Assembly: GCA_025201805.1 (NCBI GenBank)
Contig: MU619404.1
Coordinates: 13,476-52,092, forward strand
From: Parasitella parasitica NRRL 2501
Taxonomy: Eukaryota; Fungi; Mucoromycota
DNA length: 38,617 nucleotides
Direction of reading: 5' to 3'
Below the pieces are notes generated by a model. It made no database searches, was not told where the DNA came from, and worked only from the letters and a program-made list of their open reading frames with translations. Below are positions 12,534 through 24,092 of the stretch, piece after piece; position 1 is the stretch's first letter, and every line of letters begins with the position of its first letter. Position numbers and translations under genes: made by a program.

Positions 12534-13435
12534 TCACTGCAGATCTTCTATTTCCTTTTGAAGTGCTTTGATTTCTGTTTCTTTCTTGACGACTTCATCT
12601 ATAGCTTTTTTTAAAGCCGCTATGGAGTGATTATACATGTTATCAAATTGATTGATTATTAAGCTTGTAGGTGACATGTTAGCTAATAAAATGTTGCTAA
12701 TGCAAAATACTAGCTGTTGAGATATTCATAAAATTCGAAACTAAAGAGTCGGTCATACCTAGATTGGTCTAATAATTTGTATGGAGAGTTTGACATGAAA
12801 TTTTTATATCCAAGTGTACTTTCAGCCATGTTGGAGATTTCGATCGGCAGTTTCGTATCTGGGGATTTCATGTCCCAAAAAGCAAACTCGTAAGTTTGTG
12901 TTGATTTGTCAGTGAGCTCATTAAGCTTCGATGCTATGATTGCAAAGCAACCATGTGGTATATTTTTAGAGTATGATTGCATCCATAATTCATCTCGTAG
13001 CGAAATCGATACACTTGTTTGTCTTCTAAACTTGAAATAGCCTACTATTGATGAGAGGTCTTTTTGTTGCGTCTGGACAAGGTTCTTGTTGATGTTTCCT
13101 TGGTCGTCGTATGGTTTTTCTTTTAGTATCTGGAACCCATGGATAACTAAATACGTTTTAGTAAGTTAGCAAGAGTTGTATGAACACCAATCACAAGCTT
13201 ACTGATAAAATCTTCTCGTTTTTCATACGCTTGCTCAGAGGAATCATCGTTTGTTAGCGTTGATTTGTAAGACAAAACACCTAAAAAGAAGCCTTCCTAG
13301 TACGTCAAAGGATGGTTGTTAATAAACGCAGAGTGGGCTTGCTAAAATTACACACACAATGTCAGTCTGTGAATTTGCACACTCGTAAAGTAAGGACGAT
13401 AACGCAGTTCCGCCTATACGAACAGAATAGGCCAT
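12534..13435 (-). CDS. Abraxas/ABRO1 (FAM175) family MPN- scaffold protein of the BRISC/BRCA1-A deubiquitinase complexes; ~229 aa, 4 exons (13435-13358, 13296-13203, 13146-12759, 12663-12534)
   Basis: Spliced translation MAYSVRIGGTALSSLLYECANSQTDI|EGFFLGVLSYKSTLTNDDS...KPYDDQGNIN...IVGYFKFRRQTSVSISLRDELW...KSTQTYEFAFW...LPIEISNMAES...QFDNMYNHSIAALKKAIDEVVKKETEIKALQKEIEDLQ*. This matches recalled Abraxas motifs (SANSNADHEGFLLG, VIGWYRFRRNT..MSYRE, STHxLE, C-terminal coiled coil). Intron phases sum to one intact frame of 690 nt. The last acceptor is AAG, preceded by a GCTAAC branch site. Confidence 0.88.
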
Positions 13436-13588
13436 CGTTTAAGGAAAAGAGACGAAAGTTTATTCAGTGAGTGCAATTTATGCTTTGTGAGAGAAAAAAG
13501 GGACGTAGTAAAAGGAGAGGGAAAGGGATAAAAATATATTACAAACGGAGAGTATGTTTTGAGATTGAATCTATATGATTTTGATTTT

Positions 13589-15052
13589 TCATGTCTCAAC
13601 TTTAAGCTTCTTGGATGTAGGAGCATGCTCAGCATAAGAATATGTTCTCTTTTCTCCTCCTCCTCCTCCTCCTCCTCCATTAGATTCAGGCCGCACACTC
13701 AGAGGCGACGAACGATAATCCCTTGCGTTGGATGGCCAGTGAAATGCACCTGGATTTGTGGGTGTGGCAGAAAAATTCAGAGGGCTAGGCAGCTCGTTTT
13801 GTTGATAGAATTCAGGATAGAAAGTGGACGGTGAGGGCAGGTTTTGAGCAAATTGAGACGGTAATGCGGAAGGTGGGCCGACAGCAGTGGCAGCAGAGCG
13901 ATTCGATTGCAACTACAAAGAAACGTTATTATTGTACAATTTAAAACCATTATATTATTTTTACCTGCTGTTGCTGCTGTTGCTGCTGTTGCTGCTGTTG
14001 CTGCTGTTGCTGCTGTTGCTGTAGTTCCTGTGATTGCTGCTGTTGCTGCTGTTGCTGTGGTTGCTGTGGTTGCTGTTGTTGCTGTGGCTGTCGAGGTTGT
14101 TGCTGGGAGCTTTGGTCAGCATGGTAATTGGTTGGTTCAGGGCTTTCATTTGGAATTTGTACTCGAAGATTTGGTCTTTTTGCTGCATCATTTTTACCGT
14201 CGAATTCAGAAGAAGGAGAGGAGATGGGCATAGAAGGAGGAGGCATAGAGTTTTCTTTCGTTGATAAATGATGCAGAGGTGCAGGCTGAACATACATTGG
14301 CTGAGGTGGAGAGGGATAAGTCATTGCGTTGTGTCCTTGGATGACAACTTGTTGCGGCGGAGGAGGAAGCGGAGCATACATTATCGGCCGTTGATGTTGA
14401 GGATGTTGCTGTGGTGCATAGTTTGGCTATGCACCTTAAATGTGAGTGAATTTTACCATCGGATCAAATCAGTGTCTTACCATATTATAGACTGGATACA
14501 TTTCATAAGGTGGCATTTGGCGGTGGGCCATATTTGGATCTGCTGTTGAAGTATGATAGTCCATTACCGGCGCAGCATTCGGCTGATACTGTTGAGATTG
14601 AACAATTTGATATGAATCCCTTTCGTCCGCATCAGATAAATCGTGAGAGTTATCATCATCGCCTTTCTCGCTTGCATTGATAAACTAGGAAAGGGTTAGC
14701 TGAAAAGCATTATGCAGAGCAAATAAAACAAAGGCACATACATCATCATTGGATTTACTTTCATATGGTTCATCGTACTAAAATAGATCTTTAGTTGATA
14801 AAATGGATAAACGGCTACATCATTTTACACACTAACCTCCGTGTATCTCATCAACACTTTATCAATGTCATTGCTAGCGTATTGAACAAGCTTGTTGTTT
14901 GAGTTGTTTAGGATGATTAATGCAATTTCACAGTTGCAGAGAACACTCAGTTCGTAGGCTTTCTTCATAAGGCCATGCTTTCTCTTTAAAAATGTAACCT
15001 GTCTGTTACGGTCATCTGTAATAGGTTGGATTCTGATCTTTTTGCGTCCCAT
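13589..15052 (-). CDS. MEF2-type MADS-box transcription factor (Rlm1/RlmA-like), multi-exon, polyQ
   Basis: [47 protein letters not shown]...[18 protein letters not shown] is a MADS+MEF2 domain. Downstream RPNLRVQIP docking motif and [31 protein letters not shown] motif typical of fungal Rlm1. Confidence 0.93.
13966..14103. repeat. (GTTGCT)n hexamer array encoding CAG/CAA polyQ in the MADS gene
   Basis: Near-perfect GTTGCT repeats at 13966-14021, degenerate continuation to ~14103. Confidence 0.9.
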
Positions 15053-15296
15053 GGTTTGTTATTAAGGATGAGGGTATATCTACAAAAATAATTAGCAATT
15101 GTCCCCCCAAGACTATATATACATCTACCTTTGGTTTTATGTTGNNNNNNNNNNNNNNNNNNNNNNNNNNNNNNNNNNNNNNNNNNNNNNNNNNNNNGGA
15201 AATAGTAACAACGTTATAAATAGTAACGGTCTAATGTATATACATGCTTTATTGGTCGTCTATTTTTAGCTCAAGGCATGCACTTGTTAGGACATG

Positions 15297-16223
15297 TTAC
15301 GACAGGTTGAGGCGATTCAAATCAGACATGATGATGGCTCCAGCAGTAGCCACATTGAGTGATTCAACCGACGAATCCATTGGAAGAGATACTCGCAATT
15401 CCTTGGCGAGCGCATTGTCCACGCCATGGTGTTCTGAACTAAGAATTAATGCCATCTTCTTGATTGGCAATGACTTTGGTTGATTCCAAAACCATACTCC
15501 TGTTCCTGGTAATGGTGTGGAGTGATTTTCTGGCGACCAAATCTCAGCATTTCGTCTTTTTGATGGCAACATGTCTGCTACAATGGGTGTAAATCCATGC
15601 TTTTTCAATTGAGCCAGTAGCTTGTGCGCAGGAATAGCAACATGGGGCCAAGTTAGAGTCAAGCCTCTACTTGCCCGAACGCATTTATCATTGAGCAGAT
15701 CACATGAGTGATGCGTGATTAAGCCTGATTGCCATCCTAATGCCTTTGCTGTTCTTACAAGTGTGCCTATGTTTCCGGGATCAGATATTTTATCAAGCAC
15801 CAAGATGTGATCATTATCGAAAATCTTTGGGTCATCTTCACTGTATTGAGGGACTATGGCTTCCGCAAAGACTTCATGATTACCAGGCTTAGAAGCCGTG
15901 CCTAATATCCGTCTTGCCAAATTGATATCGCTCGCATAGTAGTTTTGAGCTGGGAACTGCTCTGGATGTTGAATTACTTGCAGAGCGGGGGATTTAATGT
16001 CTGTTTCTGCCTCTAGTTCTTTCTTGGCGGTCACTATCAATGATTTGAACTTGATGCCTTGGTCGCGCAATTCCTTCAAGGTTTTGTAGCCTTGCACTAC
16101 GACAGTGCCCTGGTCCAGTCTGTATTGCTTCTTTTCTCTTAGGGCAATAAAGTGCTTTGCGTGAATAATTTGTTGGCTTTTGAGTCGATAGAACAGGCGT
16201 GGTAATTGATATGTGCTGGACAT
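15297..16223 (-). CDS. SpoU/TrmH-family (SPOUT) RNA 2'-O-methyltransferase, MRM3-like, intronless, 308 aa
   Basis: SPOUT motif 1 LDKISDPGNIGTLVRTA, motif 2 LILSSEHHGV, motif 3 LPMDSSVESLNVATAGAI. Confidence 0.9.
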   Translation of the reverse strand: MSSTYQLPRLFYRLKSQQIIHAKHFIALREKKQYRLDQGTVVVQGYKTLKELRDQGIKFKSLIVTAKKELEAETDIKSPALQVIQHPEQFPAQNYYASDINLARRILGTASKPGNHEVFAEAIVPQYSEDDPKIFDNDHILVLDKISDPGNIGTLVRTAKALGWQSGLITHHSCDLLNDKCVRASRGLTLTWPHVAIPAHKLLAQLKKHGFTPIVADMLPSKRRNAEIWSPENHSTPLPGTGVWFWNQPKSLPIKKMALILSSEHHGVDNALAKELRVSLPMDSSVESLNVATAGAIIMSDLNRLNLS

Positions 16224-17520
16224 GAGGGAGGCGCTCTTTTATGTATATATATATTATTATTCAAGGAGTACAGTAAGAAACAACGTTGACGGAAAGTTCA
16301 AAAAGCAAATTTTTTACCTGGTTGTTTTTGGGATTCAAATTCATTTGGTTTGCCGTAATGTAACCCTGTTGCTGTCAAATGCTAATGCTACCTGTCCTTG
16401 TCCTGTGAGACGACACACACTGCATCTCGACATGTATTTGAAGATATCTATGAGCTCTTGTAATCATAGATTGATTGGTATCGAGACAATTTTTTTTGTA
16501 TGTGTCGAGGGCAGTTTTTCCCTCCTGTAAACAAGTTTTTACGGGTAACTCCTTTCTTTGCCATATTATCATTAAACATCACTCTTTGCCGTCAGCCCTG
16601 TCTTTTCGCCAAATCACACATAGCAATTGACGCAAACACTAATCTATTTTCATTGAATTAGTAGCACGTTGTGGAATAAAGTTTACAAAACGTTTCATTG
16701 GCAACAATTAACCCAGTTGCTGTACAATATTGCTCAATTCAATATATAACACGCTGAAATTTCCATGTGGACACTGCAGCGGCAAGTAAAAGAACACGTG
16801 TGAGCTGTAATTCTTGTTGTGCAGTAGAGCCTCATTATCATGCAAAGATTTGTAAGGTTGACTACTTGGGCTTTGGGCTGTTGTTTATTTTGATGTATGC
16901 TTGCATTTGCGTGAGAAGTGTTTGTACTCTGCATACGTACTGCAACGTGGTACCTTGCTATTACTTCAACAGATATATTATATAACATACTGTACATAAC
17001 ACAACAATAGCGTGGAAATGGAACGACCACTTGACATTTGGTCGACGGAAGCGCCAAGTGATGGTAGGGTTACCTCCTTGCTTTCAAAGAATTTCTTTCA
17101 AGTCTACAGATAAACACAGTAACTCTGATTTATATCAAAGCTACTTTATCATTTAAGGTTTTTCACAAAAAGTGTGCCAAACATGTTATAACTTCCTATT
17201 ATTACTATCTTGATACAGGGATTAATTTTAGTGCATTACGCAAAAGAATATTCGGCTCAGCATTTATTTACGCTGTATTTAATGTAGTCATCCCTTACAC
17301 AACAAACAAAATGATACAAATGGAGCTAGAAGAATAACATTGAATGTTGTTTTCTCGACTGAAACATGAATTCGCGGATATCAAGTACATTTGCAAGACC
17401 AGCAAACTTACTCTGGCTTGAAAAACAGTCGTTTTGTGTGGCTTTACTTGGCATTAAAAAGCAAATAAGAGCTCTGGTAGTTATTTAGCAAGAAAGCTTG
17501 TCAAAAGTACATTAATCGCC

Positions 17521-18786
17521 ATGGCAGGGCCAGAATCCAGCGAACTTGAAATACCTTTCTATGATATACCGCCGACTTACAAAGAATTTTTAAAGAACCA
17601 TCTCATCCCTAATAAGCCTTGTATCATAGGCCCTCGTTTTACTAGTTCCTGGAAAGCAAACAAAGAATGGATTGTGCCAACAACTGACAGTGCCGTGGAC
17701 AACAAGACACTAGCACCGGCATATAAACCCAATTATGATTATTTATGTCAGCAATATGGTACTGCTCAGGGTCTAGTTGCGCGGTGCGATAGGCGCTACT
17801 TTACAGATCAAGAACGCATAGAAATGTCCTTTGCTGATTTCTGTAAAAAATGGGAGCAGGATGACGGGAAACCTTCTCAGGATTATCTTAAAGATTTACA
17901 TTTGCAAAAAATCTTTCCTGGTGAAGAGTTCTATGGTGTGTCAGACTTATTTGAAGGTTTGTCTGAATCCATTTATTGATACATGACATTTGCACGTCTT
18001 AAGTAAGATCTATTTGTAGATGATTGGCTTAATGAATACTGGCTTCAGCAAAAAGAACGAGACGACTACAGATTTGCTTATTTTGGTGGCCATACAACAT
18101 TTACACCATTTCATGCTGATGTCTACAGATCTTATTCTTGGTCCAGCAACATTTGTGGCATAAAGAAGTGGACCTTATTTCCACCTGGACAAGAAGATTT
18201 ATACAAAGACAAATTCGGCAACTCTGTGTACGATGTGCGAGATGTGGATCCTACACAATTTACAAAGTTTGATCAAGCTAGAAAAATAGAAATATACCAG
18301 AAAGATGGCGAAACTGTTTTTGTTCCTTCAAATTGGTTTCATCAAGTCGAAAATATAGGCGCTGCTATTTCAATCAATCACAATTGGATTAATGCAAGTA
18401 ATATTATGTTGACGTATGAATCTCTGCGAAAGGACTGGAATGATTGCAAGCATGCTATTAACGATTTGGAGGATATTTTATCACCTGTGGAATTTTTACA
18501 GTCATCCCAGAGACTATTACTAGCACATAGCGGTTGGGATTGGCAGATATTCTTGAATATGATGGCACATGTGGTGGCAAACAGAATTAAAGAGCCAAAT
18601 GTGCCTGAGCATCAACCTGATTTAGTATGGCAAATAGATCGTATAAAAGACGTCTTGAAGCAGTGGGAAAGCGATGAATCTCAATTACTAGACTATTTTA
18701 AAGATAACAATTTAATTGGAGTTTATTCACAACTTTGTTCCAACATAGACATCATCAAACAGAAGTTTGCAATTTCAAAAGCATAA
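17521..18786 (+). CDS. JMJD4: JmjC 2-oxoglutarate/Fe(II) oxygenase, JMJD4-like, 2 exons (intron ~17957-18019)
   Basis: YLKDLHL, DDYRFAYFGG..TFTPFHADVYRSYSWSSNICGIKKW and FVPSNWFHQVEN..ISINHNWIN, with an intact HxD...H triad. Confidence 0.92.
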
Positions 18787-19108
18787 AGAAGAAGACTAAT
18801 TGAATATACTAATATCAGTCCATACATAACTTTAATGCAGCTGATTGACTACTGTTTCTTGTAGCACGGATATCGATCCATGATGATCTTATGCTCATTA
18901 TGGACTCTAAAGGTCTGATAAAGTCTAAATCTGCCCATTGTTTTTGATGGCTAATAATCCGCTGGGACAATGTTCCAGATAGACCTATTTTCAAAAATTT
19001 TAACTGGCAAGGTTTCTAATTCATTCAAGAGATCTTTTAGATTGAGCAGGTTCTCTTGAAATTATCCTTTTTCTTCCCTGAATTCTATTATACTTTACAA
19101 ATATACCA

Positions 19109-20281
19109 ATGACGAAAAAACTAAGACCTTCACATACAAGTCAAGCGAGTGGAAGTTCCACAATCGGGTCTAATGAGATCCACTTGTCAACAAGAACAAG
19201 GAAATCAATTAGCAAGTCAAGACGTTCATCTGCTGTTGAAGAAAATCCATCGTCTAGGAGAACCAGTGTAGCTGCTGCCCTGAGCTTATTATCTTTGCCT
19301 TCTTTTAATGAGCAATTGAACGTTGCTCAGGTCTCGGATGCACTCGACGTCCATGCTATGTACAAGATTAAAATCAGCAGATCGCATCAAAAACTGGAAT
19401 ACTTTTTCGGTGAACCAACGCCTGTTGATGTTTGCATCAGGGAAATCGACAAGGAGGGTCTCAAAGCTATGCTTGAATCCAAAGTCCCTTTGTGCTATTT
19501 TCTGTATCATTTGTTGAATGAATATAGCTCTGAAAATTTGGTAAGAGAAACATGACCGCGGTCATATATGTCTTTCTCTAACAAATCAACAAAATAGTTT
19601 TTCTTCTTAGAAGTCGAGCAATTTGAGAATCATATAAAGAAATCATCAAAGAAACACAAAGAAATAGCTCAGCGTATTTACGATACCTACATGTCAAGCA
19701 ATTCGTATTTAGAAATCAATCTGGATGATAGAGTCAAGCGAAGCATTGTAGATCAAATGAATGCTAACAATGATGGGATCTACAGTCGCATATTTAGTGA
19801 GGCTCAAGCATCTGTCTATGTTTTACTAGAATCAAGCTTTGTGCGATTCGTACACACATCCACTTATCACGATATGGTAGACACTTGTGGTCGATTGAAC
19901 ATATATTATGATGATGCGACTACAAGCATTGCTTTAAATTACTTGACTCAGTATCTCCGTGATCAGCACGATATAGGCCTGATGTACAGCTCAGATCATA
20001 GTCCTTTAGGCAATAGTCTGAAGGATATGAATAGGCAACATCACAGATTGACAAAGGCTATACTGAGGGGATTTATCGAGGACTTGTTTGATGTAGATTA
20101 CTTTAGCTTAATTTCGTCATCTGCTTCATCTGCTTCATCTGCTTCATCTGCTTCATCTGCTTCGTCTGTTTCATCTGCGTCTTCTTGTTCCTCAACAAAA
20201 TCATTGCATCCACCATCGACAATCAAAAGAATCCACAGAAAGAAGGTGGCTGCTTGTAGAAAGCTGTCGACTCATTTGTAA
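19109..20281 (+). CDS. RGS (regulator of G-protein signalling) domain protein, 2 exons (intron 19541-19597)
   Basis: YFLYHLLNEYSSENL|FFFLEVEQF...AQRIYDTYMSSNSYLEINLD...IFSEAQASVYVLLE.SFVRF follows the RGS fold consensus. Ser-rich tail encoded by (TCATCTGCT)n. Confidence 0.9.
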
Positions 20282-20358
20282 ATATGATCAATAAAGTATA
20301 CCCTCTTGAGAAAATGCTTTACTTATGTTTAACAAGTTGTATACAATGTACAATATAA

Positions 20359-20360
<2 letters not shown>

Positions 20361-20414
<54 letters not shown>
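20361..20414. repeat. 54-bp poly(dT) tract between the convergent RGS and CDC50 3' ends
   Basis: Uninterrupted T run. Confidence 0.9.
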
Positions 20415-20520
20415 CAAAAGATTGGTACGAAAAAAAGGATAAGGTATCCATTTTATACTGATGGTTTATTAATTGAATAAAGAAATGAACGAGTTACATG
20501 TATGAAAAAAGAGAGAGACC

Positions 20521-21981
20521 TTATGGGCCGGAGCCAGGGGTTTGCTGCCAAGAAAGACGATCGTGATCTCCAAGTTTTCTGCAGTATTACAGTCAGTAAA
20601 AAAACGGTTCATCAGTCTAATTATATAGTTACCTTGGCTTGAAAAAGTGCCAACCCAAGAATACAACACCCAAAAAGGTACAAACACACCCCATCACGAT
20701 CCAAGCTAAACCCATGAAAGGATTTCTATCACCCAAAAATGATGTGCCAGTGAGTACAATGGATTTCGTACCTCCATAAGCAGTTATATCGTAATCTAGG
20801 TTGAAAAGGTCAATAAATGCTATACGCCAATGCCTGCTACTATACATACTTAATGTAACATTGACCTCATAGGTTCCTGCTTGAAGGGTTCCTTCTCTCA
20901 GAGCAGAATAGAGCTTTCTAAATGTAGGATACCAGCTGGTTCTCATCCAAACCTGGAAATGCTCATCATCCTGTGGGTGGAACATTTCCTCTGCTGAATA
21001 TCCCCTGGGATATTTCTTTTGCCAATTTGGCGGAGGAGCAAGTTCTGCAAGGTTCATTGTAGTGGTTGCAAGTCTCTTCTTATCTGCCGGCCACGCAATG
21101 TCCCTCTCACTGAAATTCATAGGATAACTTGCTGCGTTTCCAGGAGGATTCACGAATGTAACAGCAAATGTATCTAATAAAGTCAAGTTTAATCATATAT
21201 CACTTTGCCCCCCCCCCTTATTATGTGCTGCTTGCTTACCGTTGAACATAGAGTTGGCAATCAACCCGCAAGGATAATAGATTTTGTTGTCTGGACTGAT
21301 AGCTACAGGCGAACATGAGCTGAGTGCATCGGTCGCTGTGATCACATCCCCATGAAGTTGGTTGTAGCTGAGACTTTTGACATATTTACGATGGTTCTGA
21401 TAGAAATTGGTGAGTCGGTAGTAGAGAAAAACGGGCGTTTTCAAGTCGATGGGCACAGTAAATCGAATAGCACAAACACCAGCATCTCCAGCGACAGCGT
21501 TAGGGACAAATCGAACAGTGGGTGCATACATTTCTACGAGAGATGTTTCATTTTAGGAATGTTTAAAAGTTTGCATGATATCTTCTTACGTCCAGATCCT
21601 TCAGCTGTAAATTTGTATGAATATGAGCTTGGGTCCAAAGGGGTAGGAGTTGAGTTTGCATTCAAACAGTTGGTATAATCGATAATAACCTCGTTTACCT
21701 ATAGATAGTAGCAGACTGAGCATATCGTGTAGAAGAAAAAAAGTGTACTAGAAACTATTTACTGTATCGCTTTCATATAAAAACAGACCACCAAGTGGAG
21801 CAAAGATGATACCGGCGACAAAAAGTGTAGGAAGGACAGTTTTAGGTGTTAGTAATGGTTGCCAAGCCTTGAGACGCTGCTGCTTGAAGGCAGTATCTAC
21901 AAGCAAATGTTATTTATCAAGTCCTTTTTTCGTTTTTGCGCAGTATTTACTAGCAGGCTTTCTGCTCTTTTCTTCAGACAT
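20521..21981 (-). CDS. CDC50: CDC50/LEM3 family P4-ATPase (flippase) beta subunit, multi-exon
   Basis: [79 protein letters not shown]-terminal TM then KPRKLGD; stop at 20521-20523. Confidence 0.95.
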
Positions 21982-22046
21982 TATCTTGATGAGTTGATTG
22001 CAATGAAAAAGATGAAGCTCAATAGAGGAGAGGGAGAGGCTACACA

Positions 22047-22331
22047 CAGCATTTGTGACCGGGGCGAGAACTGAGCCCAATCCCTCCTATTTGGGAACCC
22101 ATTGTGTCTATCTTGGAACAATGGATCAGTCCACCAGTTACAGACTGACTTGAATGCTGGAATACGCTGAAATGACTGTAGATGTCCTTCTTTTTTTTTA
22201 TTATTATTATTAAACTGCAAAAACGATGAGGATCAATTGAAATGCTTGTTCAAGCTGCTAGTCTTTCGGATCATCGTGCTGAGTGACTTTTTCTTGGCAC
22301 AAATGGGCTTGCAACCGTGTTGCATATGCTG
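22047..22331 (+). ncRNA. Candidate structured non-coding RNA (or decayed fold-back element), unassigned family
   Basis: The 5' end CAGCAT-T-TGTGAC-CGG-G-GCGAG pairs with the 3' end CTTGC-AA-CCG-T-GTTGCA-T-ATGCTG, and CCCATTGTGTC (22098-22108) pairs with GGCACAAATGGG (22296-22307). Several internal hairpins. Transition mismatches are G.U-compatible on the + strand. Confidence 0.35.
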
Positions 22332-24092
22332 GTAATGCTGATAAAACATGGCTTATTTCTATTACATTCAAAGATAATAGCTCTATCCTTGTATACACAT
22401 TTCACTGAAACCGAATAAGACTAGTATATCTTGATAATTTATGGACAATTAACGAGTTTGGGCTTAGCATTTTTTCTATTAGACACTTAGAATTAACCAG
22501 AATTACTTGTTTGATCTAGATTAACTATTTAAAGCACGTTTATACGTAGCATGGCAAATAACATTGCAGCCGCTGCGATCAAACCAGCAAATGCGGCATC
22601 AAAAGTATAAAATTGAACTTTGAATAACAACCTGCATTGGTTCTACTGAGGTTACATAATTTTTGATGTGGCCTATAATACCCAATTCTCCAAGATAGTA
22701 CTAATGTCGAGACGAACATGCTTAATTTTCTTCATGCATTGATATTGAAATATTTAGAGAATTACTGCAATTACTGTATTTCTGGTAGCTTCATGATATA
22801 AAACACATAAACATCAATATTCAATAGAGCTTAATGAATACAAGGCTATGTATAGTAAAAGCTAACTAACCTTTAGTCACCTTTGAAGATCACTGACGAT
22901 GCTCTTGGTACATTTAAGTAGCAATTTATGCAACTTTTTGTAAATTATTATTGAAGGCTGGCTATTAGAGAAACATAATCTCCCCAAAGTTAACGAATAA
23001 TAAAACTACAAGTACATCTTTCTCTCAAACACTGAGTCTTTATACACTAGTTTTACATTGTAGGTAATAGCATAAAGTTTCTATGTATACCTGCAAGCCA
23101 AACGCATCAATGTTACTAGCTGAGACAAATATTTATCATCAGCTGCGGGTCTTCTAAACAGATAGAAAAGAGTTTAATATCTGGCTATGTTACTACGAGC
23201 CCCGAGTACACTGAAATGATTTAATGAAGGTATTTTTTTCTTCTAGAGAGCAGTATATAAAGAATCTCAATTTGACTTCCTTCGAGGCTGCTTAAGAAAG
23301 TTTCGGCCACTACATTGTACTTTCGAGGAAGTGATTTGTGAGATTAGAGCAAGATGGTGCCTATAAAATATCCATATACGGTACGCAAGTATCACAATCT
23401 CATTACACTGATTTGGATATTGATTATTTCTTTTAGACTCTAATGTACACTGAGAACGGTTTGTATGTCACTTCCCAAATTCAGGCTACTTGTATCGCTT
23501 TATTCAATTTAATAGGTTACATCTATTTCTATATGTTGTATCAGTTTGAATAAAAACTATTCAAAATGATACCAATATAAATATACAAAAAATAAGAACT
23601 AAATAAAGTGATGCAAGCATTTTGAATTATTCAGACATATATGGTTATTTCATGGATGGCTATAATAATGATATTAGAATCATAATATCAAATGATTCTT
23701 TATGCTATTATTATCATTAACTAAATTACCTCATGTTATGGCATTCGCATTCATTGTTCAAATACACACAATCCGCTTGGCATATATTTGAGCATGTTTC
23801 TTTAAAACTTCTTGAATTTGATTTATCAGTTTGCATGCAACAAGCCTGTAATTCATTCCATGCACAAATGTTCAATTGAGCTCTGAAGAATGCTTTCTAT
23901 GAACTGATCTCTTTCATACGAGATCTAGGAAGGTGCGAAGTCACCCAGAAGAGGGGCCAATTAAATCAAATTCCCTCCTTTATTTGGACAATGTCACCAG
24001 AGCAATGAGCGCCCACTTTTCCATTTTATACCACAATTGCTAATCTCTTTGTCTCTTCTCTTTTTATTCCACCTTTTATACCACATTGATTC

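Noticed and set aside
13907-14293. AAV-, LLL- and SNS-repeat ORFs
   Set aside because: Alternative frames of the CAG/CAA polyQ array in the MADS gene.
17058-17128. Possible C/D snoRNA (GTGATGG...CTGA)
   Set aside because: Imperfect C box, weak terminal stem and no rRNA-complementary guide that I can recognise.
22047-22331. Firm assignment as RNase P/MRP RNA, SRP RNA, TPP riboswitch or group I intron
   Set aside because: No canonical CR-I with bulged U and too little room for P3; no SRP Alu or helix-8 motif; no TPP CUGAGA/AUACC core; group I P- and R-like words occur in the wrong order.
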